NCBI RefSeq assembly: GCF_001194135.2
Contig: NC_068992.1
Span: 27,077,981-27,139,094, forward strand
Direction of reading: 5' to 3'
DNA: 61,114 nt
Source: Octopus bimaculoides
Lineage: Eukaryota
The notes under the pieces were generated by a model that saw nothing but the letters and a program-made list of their open reading frames with translations, did not search any database and was not told the DNA's origin. Each line of letters starts with the position of its first letter. Position 1 is the stretch's first letter. Positions 1 through 14,760 of this stretch are shown piece after piece. The position numbers and the translations under genes were made by a program.

Positions 1-897
1 TATATATGTATATATATATATATATGCAATAAGTACTTTTGGGATGATTTCAAGTATTTTCAAATTATTTGCTTAAGTGGAACCACTTAGCGCATCTATT
101 TGTAAGTCGATGCGAGCGTTTCAAAAGATCTATCAGGCATATTATGTTTCAGAATGTTCATGTTGAAATATGGTCATATGTAAATTATTTAAGCCATTGT
201 AGTCGTTATGATACCAAACCGTTTTTCCTAAACTAAAGCACAACCATAGCCAGCAAAACTTATTTGATTTAAAACTACCAATTAACTACTATTTGTTTAC
301 TAATAATATTAGTTTGCAAATAATATTAGTAAATCCATTGGGGTTAATTGGTTAATGATAGCAACTAAAGAAAACGTAACACTGTATTTTTTCTGGATAT
401 TTGACAGCAAACAGAAAATAAATTTATCTTAGTGTTTACCATGTAAATTACACACTTTTATGTTATAGTTGTCTGACAAAATTGATGAGATCGATAAATG
501 GAGCTGGCGCAGTTAATGAAAGGTTTCATTAAGTGACACAAGAGATCTAAAGATAGAGAGCATCTATATTGCTGATTCTACTCATAAACGTACGCATCAC
601 AGACTTCCATGGAAATGCTATTTTTGTCCTTGTCACCATAATCACATATATAAAAATAAAAGATGTGACTTCAGACACTGTCACACGTTTTGTAAAGAGA
701 ATTTTTTTAATTGAATGTCTTGATATATTGATTATAATTTTATAGACACGTTAGGAATAAAAGGCCAGTTCGATCTTGATGGAATTCAAACTCCGTATTT
801 TAAAGACAAATACAAATATTTCAAACCATTTAGATCGCTCCTCTACTGTGTTTACCAAATCATTGTTTCAGTCGCGATATTTTTCTTTCCTCCACAG

Positions 898-968
898 ACA
901 TAATGTTACAGTCACAGAGTGATAGGGAATTTTTATTGCCTGGAGCTTTCGCTTTTGCCGCAGGACTG
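898..968 (+). CDS. Possible short coding exon of an unidentified host gene (DIMLQSQSDREFLLPGAFAFAAGL)
   Basis: Pyrimidine tract ttttctttcctccacAG (AG 896-897); one open frame; weak donor CTG|GTAAAG at 969. No homology recognised. Confidence 0.2.
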
Positions 969-1228
969 GTAAAGTGAAATAGTTTCAAATAGAAATGGTA
1001 TTTAAAATGCCGATCAACTTGCCTGTACTTCAATTTTTCTACTTTGGCACTTGCTAACAAGGTAAACCTTCTAATTATTTTGTATTACAACACAGAGATG
1101 TTCGGCTAATTGATTTTGTATAGTACGACATTCCGTTTTATACTATTTTCCTGTTCTCTGTACTACGTAATAAGTCGCTTTATCCCTGCATAATCATGTA
1201 AAAGAAGTACCGGAAATAGTTATTTTAG

Positions 1229-1273
1229 AATGGTATAATTGTTTATATAAAACTACGGAACCTGTATCTGAAG
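1229..1273 (+). CDS. Possible 45-nt coding exon (EWYNCLYKTTEPVSE in phase 1, or NGIIVYIKLRNLYLK in phase 0)
   Basis: Acceptor ttattttAG (1227-1228) and good donor AAG|GTATGT (1274); length divisible by 3; two frames open. Confidence 0.25.
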
Positions 1274-4200
1274 GTATGTTAGTCTATGTTTGCTTTCAGT
1301 TCAAATTCAGGCACATTCTAGATAAAATAGATTAATCGACCATCATACAATGGTCTTCTTCACATTTATTATAACCGTTTCAAATCTATATGGTTCCGTG
1401 AGTTTTCAGAAGAATGCTGGGTTAAACACTTACATAACAACACAGATTTTCCATTCGCCATTGGCCATAACGCTAAAAGGAAAAGAAGAAAACATATTTT
1501 AATTCGACATTAACGTTATTTTCTTTCATTGTTCGTGACGTCAGTGGAAGCTGAAATTATTCGTTGTAGAAATACAAACCTAAATGGTGCTGAAAATATA
1601 CTTGTTAGGCCAAATACTGATTTAATATATAAGTAGTATTGTTATGTACATTTTGTTACAGTAGTATGAATGAGAGAATTCGCTGGTGGAGATATCTTGG
1701 TGGCAGTTGCTAACTCGGCTGGTCTTTAATAAAGCAACCTTGGAAAATGTTAAATGCCCAGGAGCTCTCAAAGTTTGCAGTTTGCAATACTTTCCTTTCA
1801 CTAACTCCAAGACATTTTTATAGAATTTGTATCAACGAAATTGAGAATGCTGATTATTAGTTTCTGTATAAGAAATAAACATTTTGGCTTCACCTTTTAG
1901 GGAATCTATTGATACAACATTCTCACAAAAGTACTTTTCGATGATGCTATGTTAATCGATAACTTTGATTCTATACACCAATACTGGCAGCTTAGATCAA
2001 GACGATACACGTCTCTAACTTTTATACAACTCTTATGAAATACTGTCCATAGGCATAACTTGTTTGAATGTTTCAATTGTATTTGATGCTGGGGCTGTTT
2101 TGATTGGTGAAGATGAAACTAATAACCCATAAACACAATAGAATTATTCTACTTATTCATTTATTTATTCATTTGACAACCTCAGTCAAGACAAACCTCA
2201 CAATTTTTTCCCCAGAGCGTGCGTTCCTTCTACACTACTAGGCAATGTTCTTGGGCCATCTGAACCCTGATCATAAATCTACCTTTTGAAAATTAACTGA
2301 TGCATGTCTTCTGGTCACTGTTTTACATGACCGGCATAAGATTCACCACTCACTAGTGTTTTTATTGAGTGCCTTTCTCAAGAGGATTGCTAACCAAGGT
2401 TGAGGCGGTTATGAAATAACTATGAACAGGAAATGTCTCTCGCTAGATATCATCATGATATTTCAATGGTTTTCGTTACGTACGCGTAAATCTGGTCGAA
2501 GATCATATCACGTAGTGTCAGATAAAGCTGGCTAGACGAAGCCAACTGAGACCAGGACTCAATTAATACCTACGTTCACTTTCCACTACCAATTATTCTC
2601 TAAAGTGGACAACAATATGCTGATTATTGCTAATAATAACGTCAGAAGATTCGTTTAGATCCTTGCTTAAAACTCTCAAAATAGATTTATTTATTTCTAG
2701 GTGTTAATATAGTGGTTTTTTTATCGTTCTTTCACCATTTCATTCATTTCACGTCTTTCACCACCACGTCATTCACCTCGTCATTTCCCTTTTTCTTTCG
2801 ATTATTGGGTAATGGTTGTTTCCCACTGTTTATCTAGTGGTAGAGATAATTAATCAATTACTTGCACCGCTGAAGAAAAATAACACTAAAGAAACTGCGT
2901 TGCCACGGTACTGGAAGAAGAACAATGTGAATTAGTGAATGATGCAACACAATTATGCAATTTCTTTTAAACGTTTGGGTTTGTATGAAGGAAAATAAGC
3001 GAAACACGACATACAAATCTACGAAATAAATATGACTTTGTATCAGGTTCTATCTCCACCTCCTTTCAATAAAATATATTGAAACAGCTAACGAGGCTAT
3101 TTCGTTGTCTCTCTGGTGACTTACCTTCCTCGAAAAAACGACTCCAAAATCTTCAACTTCTATTTGAATGGAGAAGGACACAGTGGAAAAGGTGGCACCT
3201 TAAGCGCTGTGAATACGATATGGAATAGGCGCGACAAGAACATCTTTCATGATAGGTTTGTTCCATCAGCTGGTCTGAGGCGACTTAAAATATTTTAAAA
3301 TTCACTCTCTTCAAGAGGACTTGAAACTATTTGGTTCTGCTTTTCTTGGATTCGGGTAATAATTATTTCTGCTTCAATTACAAGAGTTGTTAATTGAGAG
3401 ATATAAATTTGATAGATGGTGGTGGAAAGGACATATCGTGCTGTTAACTTGGAAGAGATGATAGCAAAATTCTCTTCGATGGAAATTGAACATGTGAACG
3501 AGTCTCCATTTAAGATGACCTCAGTCATCGAGTCTTGTTTACTGACTGAAAATATTTACATAACATAGACACAAGGCCATATATATGGGATAGGGGCATT
3601 TTCTAATGAATCAAATTTGGTATTGACCAGCAAGGATGAATTCAGGAAGGATGAATAAGAAATTGATCTTGGAGTGACTGTGATTTGATCTTCAGAACAT
3701 AAAGAAACGCAACTAAATAACAAAAGTCATTTTGTCTAACGCAATTCCGATTCTGCCAGTCGACGTACAAAACAGTAGTTACAATATTCATTTCTTAAAT
3801 AGCTGCAGGACCTCAGATTTGTGGTAAAAGAATAGTAAATTATATTGACATCAGTGATCGGTGGATACTTTATTTTGTTGACCTAGAAAAGATCGAAGAT
3901 AAAGATGAACTGAGTGGAATTTGAACATAGAAAATAAAGAACCGTAACGAAATACTGCAATGCATTGTGTCTGCCTTGTAGAACAAGGCAATTAATTTGA
4001 ATTGATCCCACTCTGTTACTGAGAGCATCCTATTATAGAATTGATATTTATTGCATCAACCCTGCCGAAAATGTAAGGTAAAGTGAGACTCGGGAATTTT
4101 TGAACGTTGAACTTAAAAGCAACATAACTAAATATCGTAAAACACTTAGTTCAGCACTTTGCCATTTCTGTCTTTGCCCTTTGTAGTATTCATAACATTG

Positions 4201-5618
4201 GGAAATATTCGTTGTTTTAAACTCGGTAGAGTGGGGGAGGTGGCGATGTTTAGAGAAAGAGTAATAGAACTTATGATTAGAATTGGTGATAGATCATAGT
4301 TTGATTGGTTGGCTTGACTTGATCTTTCACCTCGAAAGGATCGATAGAAATAGCACACAATTATAACTATATATACGTATATATCCATATATATGTATAA
4401 CCACATTTATGTATTCATATATATATATATATANNNNNNNNNNNNNNNNNNNNNNNNNNNNNNNNNNNNNNNNNNNNNNNNNNNNNNNNNNNNNNNNNNN
4501 NNNNNNNNNNNNNNNNNNNNNNNNNNNNNNNNNNNNNNNNNNNNNNNNNNNNNNNNNNNNNNNNNNNNNNNNNNNNNNNNNNNNNNNNNNNNNNNNNNNN
4601 NNNNNNNNNNNNNNNNNNNNNNNNNNNNNNNNNNNNNNNNNNNNNNNNNNNNNNNNNNNNNNNNNNNNNNNNNTCTCTCTCTCTCTCTCTTTCTTCCTCT
4701 CTGGTTTCCGATTTCTCTCATTGTTTGTCCTATCATTAATCCTAAAATTAAACAGCAACGAGATCAGATCTAATAAAATGTACGAACATTCATCTTAAGT
4801 TGCCGTAGCTTTCATATCATCCACTTTAAAATATTATGTGTACAGATATATATTTTCCAGCAAACTCTACGAATCGATTCCAAACAATTCCCCCAAGTCC
4901 TTTCACCTTATTACTTGGCTTAAAATTACTTATTATTCAGCTTTAGATTTCCATACGGATGCCAACCACTAAACCACTAAAAACCCGATGTACAAATAGC
5001 AGAGTCGCAAAGAATTCCCTTAATAGCAGGATTTCATTCCGAAAATTGAAATTGAATATATCGAAAGTAATACAAGTGGTATAAACGTATTGGCGTTTAT
5101 AAAGCCGAGGATTAAGTTACTAATATCATACAGGCATAGTAGAAAGTGTATATTTAAGCCACAGAACTCTAAATTTAACATAACATTCTCCTCCGCAGCC
5201 AACAATTAGTTTTATAGTGCGCATAGCGTAAATTCAATGGCAAAGCAGATTTGAAATGTGACAAATTGGATATATATTGCAAGTAGTTGGATACACTTTG
5301 ATGAATGTATCCCAAAGGAGAAGTTTTGTAGCTTTCAACTCTCAGTTTTTGTCGGCTGTGTGTGTGTTTATACAGTGATAACTCATTTTCATTAACAATA
5401 TAGCTTTACGTTTTACATTTTGTTCTACGTTCATCCAACCATCCATTTGCTGTAACAATGAAACATTTGATCTCGAGGAAACATTACGTCTGTAGCTTCC
5501 CCCTTCAGCATCTCCATCATGAATCTCTCTTTCCATTTTCTTTCGATTCGTATTTATTTATTTCATATATATGTGTACTTGTAAGTGTTCGTGTACAGGT
5601 GTTATGTATACTCATATG

Positions 5619-5692
<74 letters not shown>

Positions 5693-6733
5693 NNNNNNNN
5701 NNNNNNNNNNNNNNNNNNNNNNNNNNNNNNNNNNNNNNNNNNNNNNNNNNNNNNNNNNNNNNNNNNNNNNNNNNNNNNNNNNNNNNNNNNNNNNNNNNNN
5801 NNNNNNNNNNNNNNNNNNNNNNNNNNNNNNNNNNNNNNNNNNNNNNNNNNNNNNNNNNNNNNNNNNNNNNNNNNNNNNNNNNNNNNNNNNNNNNNNNNNN
5901 NNNNNNNNNNNNNNNNNNNNNNNNNNNNNNNNNNNNNNNNNNNNNNNNNNNNNNNNNNNNNNNNNNNNNNNNNNNNNNNNNNNNNNNNNNNNNNNNNNNN
6001 NNNNNNNNNNNNNNNNNNNNNNNNNNNNNNNNNNNNNNNNNNNNNNNNNNNNNNNNNNNNNNNNNNNNNNNNNNNNNNNNNNNNNNNNNNNNNNNNNNNN
6101 NNNNNNNNNNNNNNNNNNNNNNNNNNNNNNNNNNNNNNNNNNNNNNNNNNNNNNNNNNNNNNNNNNNNNNNNNNNNNNNNNNNNNNNNNNNNNNNNNNNN
6201 NNNNNNNNNNNNNNNNNNNNNNNNNNNNNNNNNNNNNNNNNNNNNNNNNNNNNNNNNNNNNNNNNNNNNNNNNNNNNNNNNNNNNNNNNNNNNNNNNNNN
6301 NNNNNNNNNNNNNNNTATATATATATATATATATGTATGTATACTATACATATGTGGTGGTAACCTTGCGAGAAAACGTGTACAATAAATGCGCGTCTAA
6401 TAAAACTGCACTGCAATGTATATATAGAAAAAAAGCGACAGAAGCACTGTATATTTCATTGTGTGTAGCAATGTCTGTATTATGTGCGTATTGATCAAAA
6501 TATGGGCAATGTATTCCTATTGACATATATTTGTGACGAGCTGAATGCTTATAAAAAGCTATGTACAGATCTATTTAATAGTAAACGAATTAGTGTATAG
6601 TTGCGTTATATGTCTATGTGCGTGATTGATGTGTTCGAGTATGCCTGTACGCTTATATACGTATACATATGTATAATATGTAAATATGTATGTTATGCAT
6701 ATTATACACACACAAACACATACACGTACACAC

Positions 6734-6769
<36 letters not shown>

Positions 6770-8499
6770 NNNNNNNNNNTACATGTATATATATGTATAT
6801 ATGTATATACATATATATATAATTATTGCATTGCAATGTGCATACATGCTTGTATATATGCAAATACCCGTATTTGACTATGTGTAAGCAGTTTTTCATT
6901 GCCGAGAAGTTGTTATAAAGCATGTATAGGTCTTATGTATACAGTAATAAACAAAGTTATAACCTTCTACTCCTAACTTTCCCTATATTTTACACCTAAG
7001 CTATCATAATTGCCCATTGCTTTGCTTTTCTATTTAAATAGGAAGTTCAAACCATTACTTCGCCTCCATTGTGCTTTAAAAGCTTGTTCAGCGTTAGTAA
7101 CCAAGGATATTATGTTGCAGTAATAGCGTGTGGTTATATAATGCTTTCTTCAATTTCCTATGTTTCCCGCCATTCGTCTCTTCATCCTCCCGCCTTTATT
7201 TTACTAACACATACATTTATTGAACTGCGCTACAAATATTTATTCTTGTTGCAGTGACTATATTTTACACGATTATTCTGAAATATTCTGAAAGTTTTAT
7301 CCGAATGGAAGTAATTGAACTAATGCCACTTTTGACTACAGTCGTCTATTCTAAGCAATTTTAGAAGAGTTTTCTATATAGGCGGGAAGTGTTAATGTAA
7401 TCTGAAATATAACGAAACCTGATATATGTTATCAAAAAGAAAAATAAATAGTTAAAATGAGAAGGAAATAATCAAATCAAACTTAGAGATAAGTTAAAAG
7501 TTTTTTGTACAGATATGTGTTGTATGCGTGTGCGTGCATGAGAGCATATATNNNNNNNNNNNNNNNNNNNNNNNNNNNNNNNNNNNNNNNNNNNNNNNNN
7601 NNNNNNNNNNNNNNNNNNNNNNNNNNNNNNNNNNNNNNNNNNNNNNNNNNNNNNNNNNNNNNNNNNNNNNNNNNNNNNNNNNNNNNNNNNNNNNNNNNNN
7701 NNNNNNNNNNNNNNNNNNNNNNNNNNNNNNNNNNNNNNNNNNNNNNNNNNNNNNNNNNNNNNNNNNNNNNNNNNNNNNNNNNNNNNNNNNNNNNNNNNNN
7801 NNNNNNNNNNNNNNNNNNNNNNNNNNNNNNNNNNNNNNNNNNNNNNNNNNNNNNNNNNNNNNNNNNNNNNNNNNNNNNNNNNNNNNNNNNNNNNNNNNNN
7901 NNNNNNNNNNNNNNNNNNNNNNNNNNNNNNNNNNNNNNNNNNNNNNNNNNNNNNNNNNNNNNNNNNNNNNNNNNNNNATATATATATATATATATACATA
8001 CATACATGTCTGTGAAAGTGAGTATATCCAATTAATGCTATCTGTTTGTTTGCAATATCTACATACATATATATATATGTAAATATATATGAATTTGTAT
8101 GTGGGTGTGTGCGTATACATATAAAAATATAACCATATATATGTATATACATTTACGTTGTGCGTTAAATATATATATGCTTTTATATGCATGAATATAT
8201 ATGTATATATGTAAATGAATGTAGGTATGTGTATGTATGTATGTATGTATGTATGTATGTATGTATGTATGTGTGAAGCACATGTACATAGAATAGAAGT
8301 TTAGAGAGAAATTAAGAGAATGTTATATACATGCTCATGAAAAGAAGGTTGTACATGTTTGTTATATGGGTGCGTATATCTGTGTCTTCATGCGCATGGG
8401 ATTGTGTGGGGGTGCATATATTGTGTGGTGGGTGGTGTTTGTGTGCGTAATTGCGTGTGTGTGTGTGTATGTCTATTCAATTCGTTCTTTCATTTCTAG

Positions 8500-8545
8500 A
8501 TATGATAAATTAGTAGAAAACAAAGGCTGGAAAGATGTGAAACAG
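8500..8545 (+). CDS. Likely 46-nt internal coding exon of an unidentified host gene ((x)YDKLVENKGWKDVKQ, phase 2 to phase 0)
   Basis: Acceptor ttcgttctttcatttctAG (8498-8499) and consensus donor CAG|GTGAGT (8546); only one of three frames is open; purine-rich island in a TG/AT-rich intron-like context. Confidence 0.6.
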
Positions 8546-9809
8546 GTGAGTTTACGATTGTTTCAGTCTTTACAATGAGATAACTGCTTGACAATGAAGT
8601 TTTAGCTGAAGTGGTCAGACTGATAGAGTTATGAGAACATAAGTGGAGAGATACATCTGAATGTCATATAAAGACTCTATCGCGCGAATGAGAAATGAGT
8701 GGAAGAGATGGAGAAGGGGAGAGTATAAGAAAAGGGAGGAGGAAGCGGGGTGGGGANNNNNNNNNNNNNNNNNNNNNNNNNNNNNNNNNNNNNNNNNNNN
8801 NNNNNNNNNNNNNNNNNNNNNNNNNNNNNNNNNNNNNNNNNNNNNNNNNNNNNNNNNNNNNNNNNNNNNNNNNNNNNNNNNNNNNNNNNNNNNNNNNNNN
8901 NNNNNNNNNNNNNNNNNNNNNNNNNNNNNNNNNNNNNNNNNNNNNNNNNNNNNNNNNNNNNNNNNNNNNNNNNNNNNNNNNNNNNNNNNNNNNNNNNNNN
9001 NNNNNNNNNNNNNNNNNNNNNNNNNNNNNNNNNNNNNNNNNNNNNNNNNNNNNNNNNNNNNNNNNNNNNNNNNNNNNNNNNNNNNNNNNNNNNNNNNNNN
9101 NNNNNNNNNNNNNNNNNNNNNNNNNNNNNNNNNNNNNNNNNNNNNNNNNNNNNNNNNNNNNNNNNNGGAAGGGGGGAGGGGGGAGGAGGAGAAGGAGGAA
9201 GAGAGGATGTGGAGAGGAGAGGAGGGGAGAGAACAGAAGGAGGTGGAGTACAGGAAGAGGTGGAGGACACGAGTAGGTGGAGGACAGGAGTAGGTGGAGT
9301 TGATGATCATGAGAATCGAGATTATGATCATCACCATGACAATGGTGACGATGATCGATATTATCATCAACGAATAAAGGAGGGAAAGGATGAACAAATA
9401 AAAGTATGACATTAGGAATAAAAAGAGGAGAGATACAGAGAGAAAAGAAGGGAAAAGGATGAAGGAGAGAGTTAAATGGAGAGAAAGAAAGGGAGAGTGA
9501 AGTGTGGAAAGAAAAAAGAAAGAAAACTTCAGAAGCAGAAATTTGAATTGTTGTGGTTTTCTGATCCAAGAAACAAGAAGAGATCGATGTGAATTTTGTT
9601 TGGGTAACTTGACTTGAAGGTTGTGCTTTGGTGATATCAGACGTAACAACATAGCTTTCATAAAATTTCTGGAACACATGGAACAGAAACTTAATGACAG
9701 AGGAGAGGAAGGTTCCAGTAAAACTGGCACGTTTTGATGTATTCTGAGCTACGAGAGGATTTTGGACAACTACTTGAATCATTGTTTTATCTTTTAAGAT
9801 GAAACTATT

Positions 9810-10075
9810 AGATAATTCGAGAACAGAGCGGAGTTAACGATGTGATGGCAGAGTATTGAAAGCATCAGTTCCGCTGGCTAAACATGTCGCAAGGCTCACA
9901 GGCAACTGGTAAACCCGTGTAGTTGCGGATTGGTATCCAAGAGATCGGAAAAGGGCACTTGGAAGGACTTCACGACGATGGAAAAATGATTTAGCCAAGC
10001 AATTTGGGTCACCATGGAAAAGACAGAATTGGAAGCGCATTGTGATCAGCGGTGTATTATAACATGCCATAGTCT
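9810..10075 (+). mobile_element. RTE-clade LINE, decayed 3' end of ORF
   Basis: Frameshifted translation IREQSGVNDVMAE..RW(A)KHVARLTGNW*TRVVADWYPRDRKRALGRTSRRWKNDL matches the RTE C-terminal pattern WAGHVAR..W.P...KR..GRP..RW. Confidence 0.75.
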
Positions 10076-10243
10076 TGTCGATCCTGAGATACTGTGACTT
10101 GGATCATACATTGAAATACGTATTTATGTAATTGAAGTATATATATTATAAGACTATATAACTGGCATGAAAATCGGGCATCCTTCTAAATGTAGTCCGA
10201 ATCATCACAATATGACCTTCAATTATTATTATTATTATTAACA

Positions 10244-10455
10244 GGGCGAAGTGGCAGAATCGTTAGCACGCCGGGCAAAATGCTTAGTAGTATTTCGCCG
10301 TCACTACGTTCTATGTTCAAATTCCGCCAATGTCGGCTTTGCCTTTCATCTTTACGGGGTCGATAAATTAAGTACCAATGAAACACTGGGACCGTTGTAA
10401 TCGACTTATCCTCTCCCGAAAGGTTTCAGGCCTTGTGCCAAAATTTGGAAGAATT
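10244..10455 (+). mobile_element. tRNA-headed SINE family A copy
   Basis: A-box-like TGGCAGAATCGTT, B-box-like GTTCAAATTCC, central GCCTTTCATC..GGGGTCGATAAATTAAGTACCA, tail GGCCTTGTGCC..; same layout recurs more than 20 times in the window. Confidence 0.85.
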
Positions 10456-10639
10456 ATTGTTATTATTATTACAGTTATTATAATCATTGTGAAGTCGACA
10501 GGCTAGAAGAATTGTTAGAACGCCGGTCAAAATGCTTAAAGACATTTCGTCCGTCTTTAAGCCTTGTGCCTATAGTAGAATGATTATTATTATTATTCAG
10601 TAGTCTTATTTTTATCACGTGCTTTATTATTATTATTAT

Positions 10640-10699
10640 TATTATTATCATCATCATCATCATCATCATTTTATTATTATTATTATCATGATTATTATT

Positions 10700-10749
<50 letters not shown>

Positions 10750-10790
10750 TATCATTATTATTATTATTATAATTATTATTATTATTATTA
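10640..10790. repeat. Compound (TAT)n/(CAT)n microsatellite
   Basis: Directly visible trinucleotide runs; source of the poly-I/poly-D/poly-M ORFs in the ORF track. Confidence 0.95.
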
Positions 10791-10791
10791 A

Positions 10792-10987
10792 GTCGATGAG
10801 CTGGCTGGATTGTTAGCAGGCCGGAGAAAATGCTTAGCGGCAATTCGTTCGTCTTTACGTTCTGAGTTCAAATTCGGCTGAGGTAGACTTTGCCTTTCAT
10901 CCTTCTGGTGTCGATAAAATAAATAGCAGTTGATCACTGGAATCAATGTAATCGTGTTACCTCTCCAAACTTACTTGCTGGCCTAGT
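10792..10987 (+). mobile_element. SINE family A copy (diverged)
   Basis: gtcgatgagctggctggattgttagcaggccggagaaaatgcttagcgg...gttctgagttcaaattcggctgagg...gcctttcatcc matches the family layout. Confidence 0.8.
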
Positions 10988-12216
10988 ATTCTTCTTATTA
11001 TTATTATCTTTTTCTTCTTCATCATCATCAGCATCATCATCATCATCATCATCATTGGTTTTCTTGTTATTGTTTACCATATTTAGCATTTAATCCATAT
11101 TTCCCTCCCTGATAAAACAAAACACATTAACACTTTATATCTTTACAACTGGCGCGTGTGATGTCAGGCAGGCGTGATTTTCTGAGTTTTTTTTTTTTCC
11201 TTTTTTTTTTTGAAATGTGACTTGTTTTTCTCTTGTGTTACATAAAGCATTTTGTTTCTTCTGAGTTCTATAAAGCTTTGATGTTTTCGTAATATCTAAC
11301 AATACATACGGGTGTGAAGTTAAGAAAACGGAAATAAGAACCAACCTATGAATGTTGTTGTTTTGTTTTTTTTTCATTTTGGTGAAGACTTTCATGACAA
11401 GGCAATATATCTAAAATAGATGTAAACCCCTGCGTTTTATAGGCGGTCCCATCTTTCCATTCGAGAAGATAACGTTTGCTTTCATCAGAAATTTAACAGA
11501 AAGATNNNNNNNNNNNNNNNNNNNNNNNNNNNNNNNNNNNNNNNNNNNNNNNNNNNNNNNNNNNNNNNNNNNNNNNNNNNNNNNNNNNNNNNNNNNNNNN
11601 NNNNNNNNNNNNNNNNNNNNNNNNNNNNNNNNNNNNNNNNNNNNNNNNNNNNNNNNNNNNNNNNNNNNNNNNNNNNNNNNNNNNNNNNNNNNNNNNNNNN
11701 NNNNNNNNNNNNNNNNNNNNNNNNNNNNNNNNNNNNNNNNNNNNNNNNNNNNNNNNNNNNNNNNNNNNNNNNNNNNNNNNNNNNNNNNNNNNNNNNNNNN
11801 NNNNNNNNNNNNNNNNNNNNNNNNNNNNNNNNNNNNNNNNNNNNNNNNNNNNNNNNNNNNNNNNNNNNNNNNNNNNNNNNNNNNNNNNNNNNNNNNNNNN
11901 NNNNNNNNNNNNNNNNNNNNNNNNNNNNNNNNNNNNNNNNNNNNNNNNNNNNNNNNNNNNNNNNNNNNNNNNNNNNNNNNNNNNNNNNNNNNNNNNNNNN
12001 NNNNNNNNNNNNNNNNNNNNNNNNNNNNNNNNNNNNNNNNNNNNNNNNNNNNNNNNNNNNNNNNNNNNNNNNNNNNNNNNNNNNNNNNNNNNNNNNNNNN
12101 NNNNNNNNNNNNNNNNNNNNNNNNNNNNNNNNNNNNNNNNNNNNNNNNNNNNNNNNNNNNNNNNNNNNNNNNNNNNNNNNNNNNNNNNNNNNNNNNNNNN
12201 NNNNNNNNNNNNNNNN

Positions 12217-12249
<33 letters not shown>

Positions 12250-13759
12250 CTCACACACACACACACACACAGAATGCGCGAGAGAGAGTGAGAGACTGCC
12301 CATATATGAAGCAGAATTTAAACTACTTCTTTCTAAAACAGGAAAAAAACATATTAAACATAATGCATTTTAGCAAGTACGGAGACCATTTTATCTATAC
12401 CGTTTGTAATCGTTGCTACATTGGATTTGGATCATCAACACAAATACAGTTAAACTTGTGTGATTTTCTATAAAGCTTTCGGATAATATAGCGTTTAAAT
12501 ATTTATGCCATCGATATTCAAATATTTGTGCTGTGTACACATTAATCCTTTAACATAGGTAAAATACGTAGAGCTTAATAATGTGAAGTGAAAGAGCAAA
12601 TATTTGAAGTAATTTACTGAAAATTATTTTTAAATTAAATATGATTATAATGGAGTATTGCAATGGCTGATTTGAAATTTGCCTCCGTACATACTTCAAC
12701 TCTCTGGTCTAACTTTCTAGCCTTTAGCTATTATTCTATTACATGAGCGGCTATATTGAACATTGAAATTTAACAGTTATAATTTCGAACTGTTATCCAA
12801 TCAAATTATTGTATAATATCCCTCCTTTTTAACAGCAAGTCTTGAACCATTTTCCTTTGATGTTTTATTTATTTAAACTATATGAATGTTTTCATTGCAA
12901 AGATAAACTATAAAAAAAATACCTAAAATGGACCGTATTTCATTTGCTTATAACAGAGTTTGACAAATTGTTTCTCCAAAAATCTTTATTGCGACTAAGC
13001 ATTTCTACCGATTTTTATCAATTTATACTGCTTTTTAAAAGATTTGAATATAATCGGAAGATTAGAAACAAACAGTTTTTGCAGGACGTCTAAGTAATGT
13101 TTTGCTTAATCACTAGAATAAGTCACTTTATTTTCACTAAGTTATATCTCTCTATGTTAATTGTTGTCTGTCTGCCCAGTAAAGTGGTGTCAACGTTGCA
13201 TACAGGTTCATGAGTATAAATAGCCTTGAAACTCTATTATGCGTTACTTCTTCATCAAAGCGGATGTGTTTCGAACACTAGTCTCATACATCTAAAGAAA
13301 TCTCACTTGTGGCTTCAAAAAATCTGCAGTGTACTTCGATAGCCTTACCATGACACCATACTTCAGCTTGCGAGCTAAAGGACGGAGAGGATAGCAGCAG
13401 TTTGACAAGACTGCTACATAGGGAACATTTGTCCTTACATGTATCAAAATTGGAATGGCAGAAGAGGAGGATAAATGAAAGCAAATGACTGTAAATGTAT
13501 GACGCAATAACATGCTTGGCACAACTATAACACTTTCCAGATGTAAAAGTATTGGTAACCAGTTACCATAGAATAAACTCGAACTCCGTGATATACTCAG
13601 CTTTAGTTAAACACGAATAGCTTAGGAGATGACAAGAAAGCTTGGAGGAGTAACTGATTCAAATACTAACTACACGGAAGGAGAGACAATCTCGTCGGTG
13701 ACTGAGATAATTGATAACTGCAAACATTTATGAGAAATTGATATCTGAAGTGTTGTTCT

Positions 13760-14760
13760 GAAAGTTAGAAACGAGCCTTTATGTCTAGGAACTCGGAAGC
13801 AGAAAAGTTTGACAATCTTATGGAAGAAGCGGGAAAAATTAATACTGTGATCCGAGGGATGTTTGAAATAGATTGGCGATTATGGTACAACTGTAGGTGA
13901 AACTCAAACAGCGTTCTATTTTGAGGGAAAACAGTAACGAAATGGAGTAGGGACCATAATGAAAAACGCCATAACAAAAGCTCTAATAGGATTATGAAGA
14001 CTTTTAGAGAGAACGATAATAAAACCAGAAGAATAAACTTCCAAGCCAACATCTTATTTTTTTACATACTGCAACACAATAATACAATGATAAAGGGATA
14101 AATATACTAAAATAGACAAAGGCTAAAGAAGACATTCATAATGGAAAATAGTAATGCAAATGTTGGCAGGAAAACATTGATATATCACATTCGATATGAA
14201 TCAGGCGAAATAATGACGAATGTAACTATACTGTAGAAATTATTAAGTAGTTACCAACAATTTGTTCTAGCAACAACCACAATGATTCTGTCTTCATATG
14301 TCCCCTGTAAGATATGAAGACTTCAGATATGCTCTATACTAACAAACTGTGCCCTAGAGCAGACATTGACTCAGACAATAATCCGAATAATCCAGTGGTA
14401 ATTAAATTACAAATCAAACTTAAGAAAATGTAAATGACGAAAAGATGAGAACAATTAAAGCTAAATTTGCCAGAGTAGACGGAATGCAAACAGAATTATA
14501 ATATGCAAACAGGAAACAAGTATGAATATTTACACAATGAAAACGAAACAGAAGAAATAACAGAACAAAGTGAAGAAAATGGAACAGACAAAACTTGCAT
14601 TCAAAAATTACTGAAGGAAACAGACTTAAAGTGGAAACAAAAAGAATAAAATTGGATGACTGTTGAAATTCTGAGAGAAATAAGACAAAGAAAAGAAGAG
14701 AAAACTAAACAAAGTCGATACAACACCTTAAATAAACAGACTTGTTGAAAAGGTAGAAAG
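13760..14760 (+). mobile_element. RTE-clade LINE fossil, APE endonuclease domain and linker (many stops and frameshifts)
   Basis: Fragments KFDNLMEEAGKINTVIRGMFEIDW (cf. KLDNL..EM.R..IDILG.SE.RW), NGVGTIMK, FIMENSNANVG (cf. IMGDFNAKVG), CPRADIDSDNNP..VVIKLQIKLKK (cf. YPGAD..SDH.PV), KNWMTVEIL, RYNTLNKQ appear in the expected order. Confidence 0.7.

Noticed and set aside
898-1273. Joined peptide ..GAFAFAAGL|NGIIVYI resembles the claudin/stargazin (CACNG) AGL..IGIIVYI motif
   Set aside because: It depends on a weak donor, needs a gap, and the following residues do not fit; likely coincidence.
3094-3560. Strong minus-strand donor (AAG|GTAAGT near 3122) and a VLFTD-like Tc1 motif near 3530-3550
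   Set aside because: No convincing acceptor or reading frame, and no further transposase motifs in frame.
8500-8545. Resemblance of YDKLVENKGWKDV to an ARID-domain helix (GGYDKV..NK.W..V)
   Set aside because: Only 15 residues and no flanking ARID exons found, which is insufficient to name a gene.
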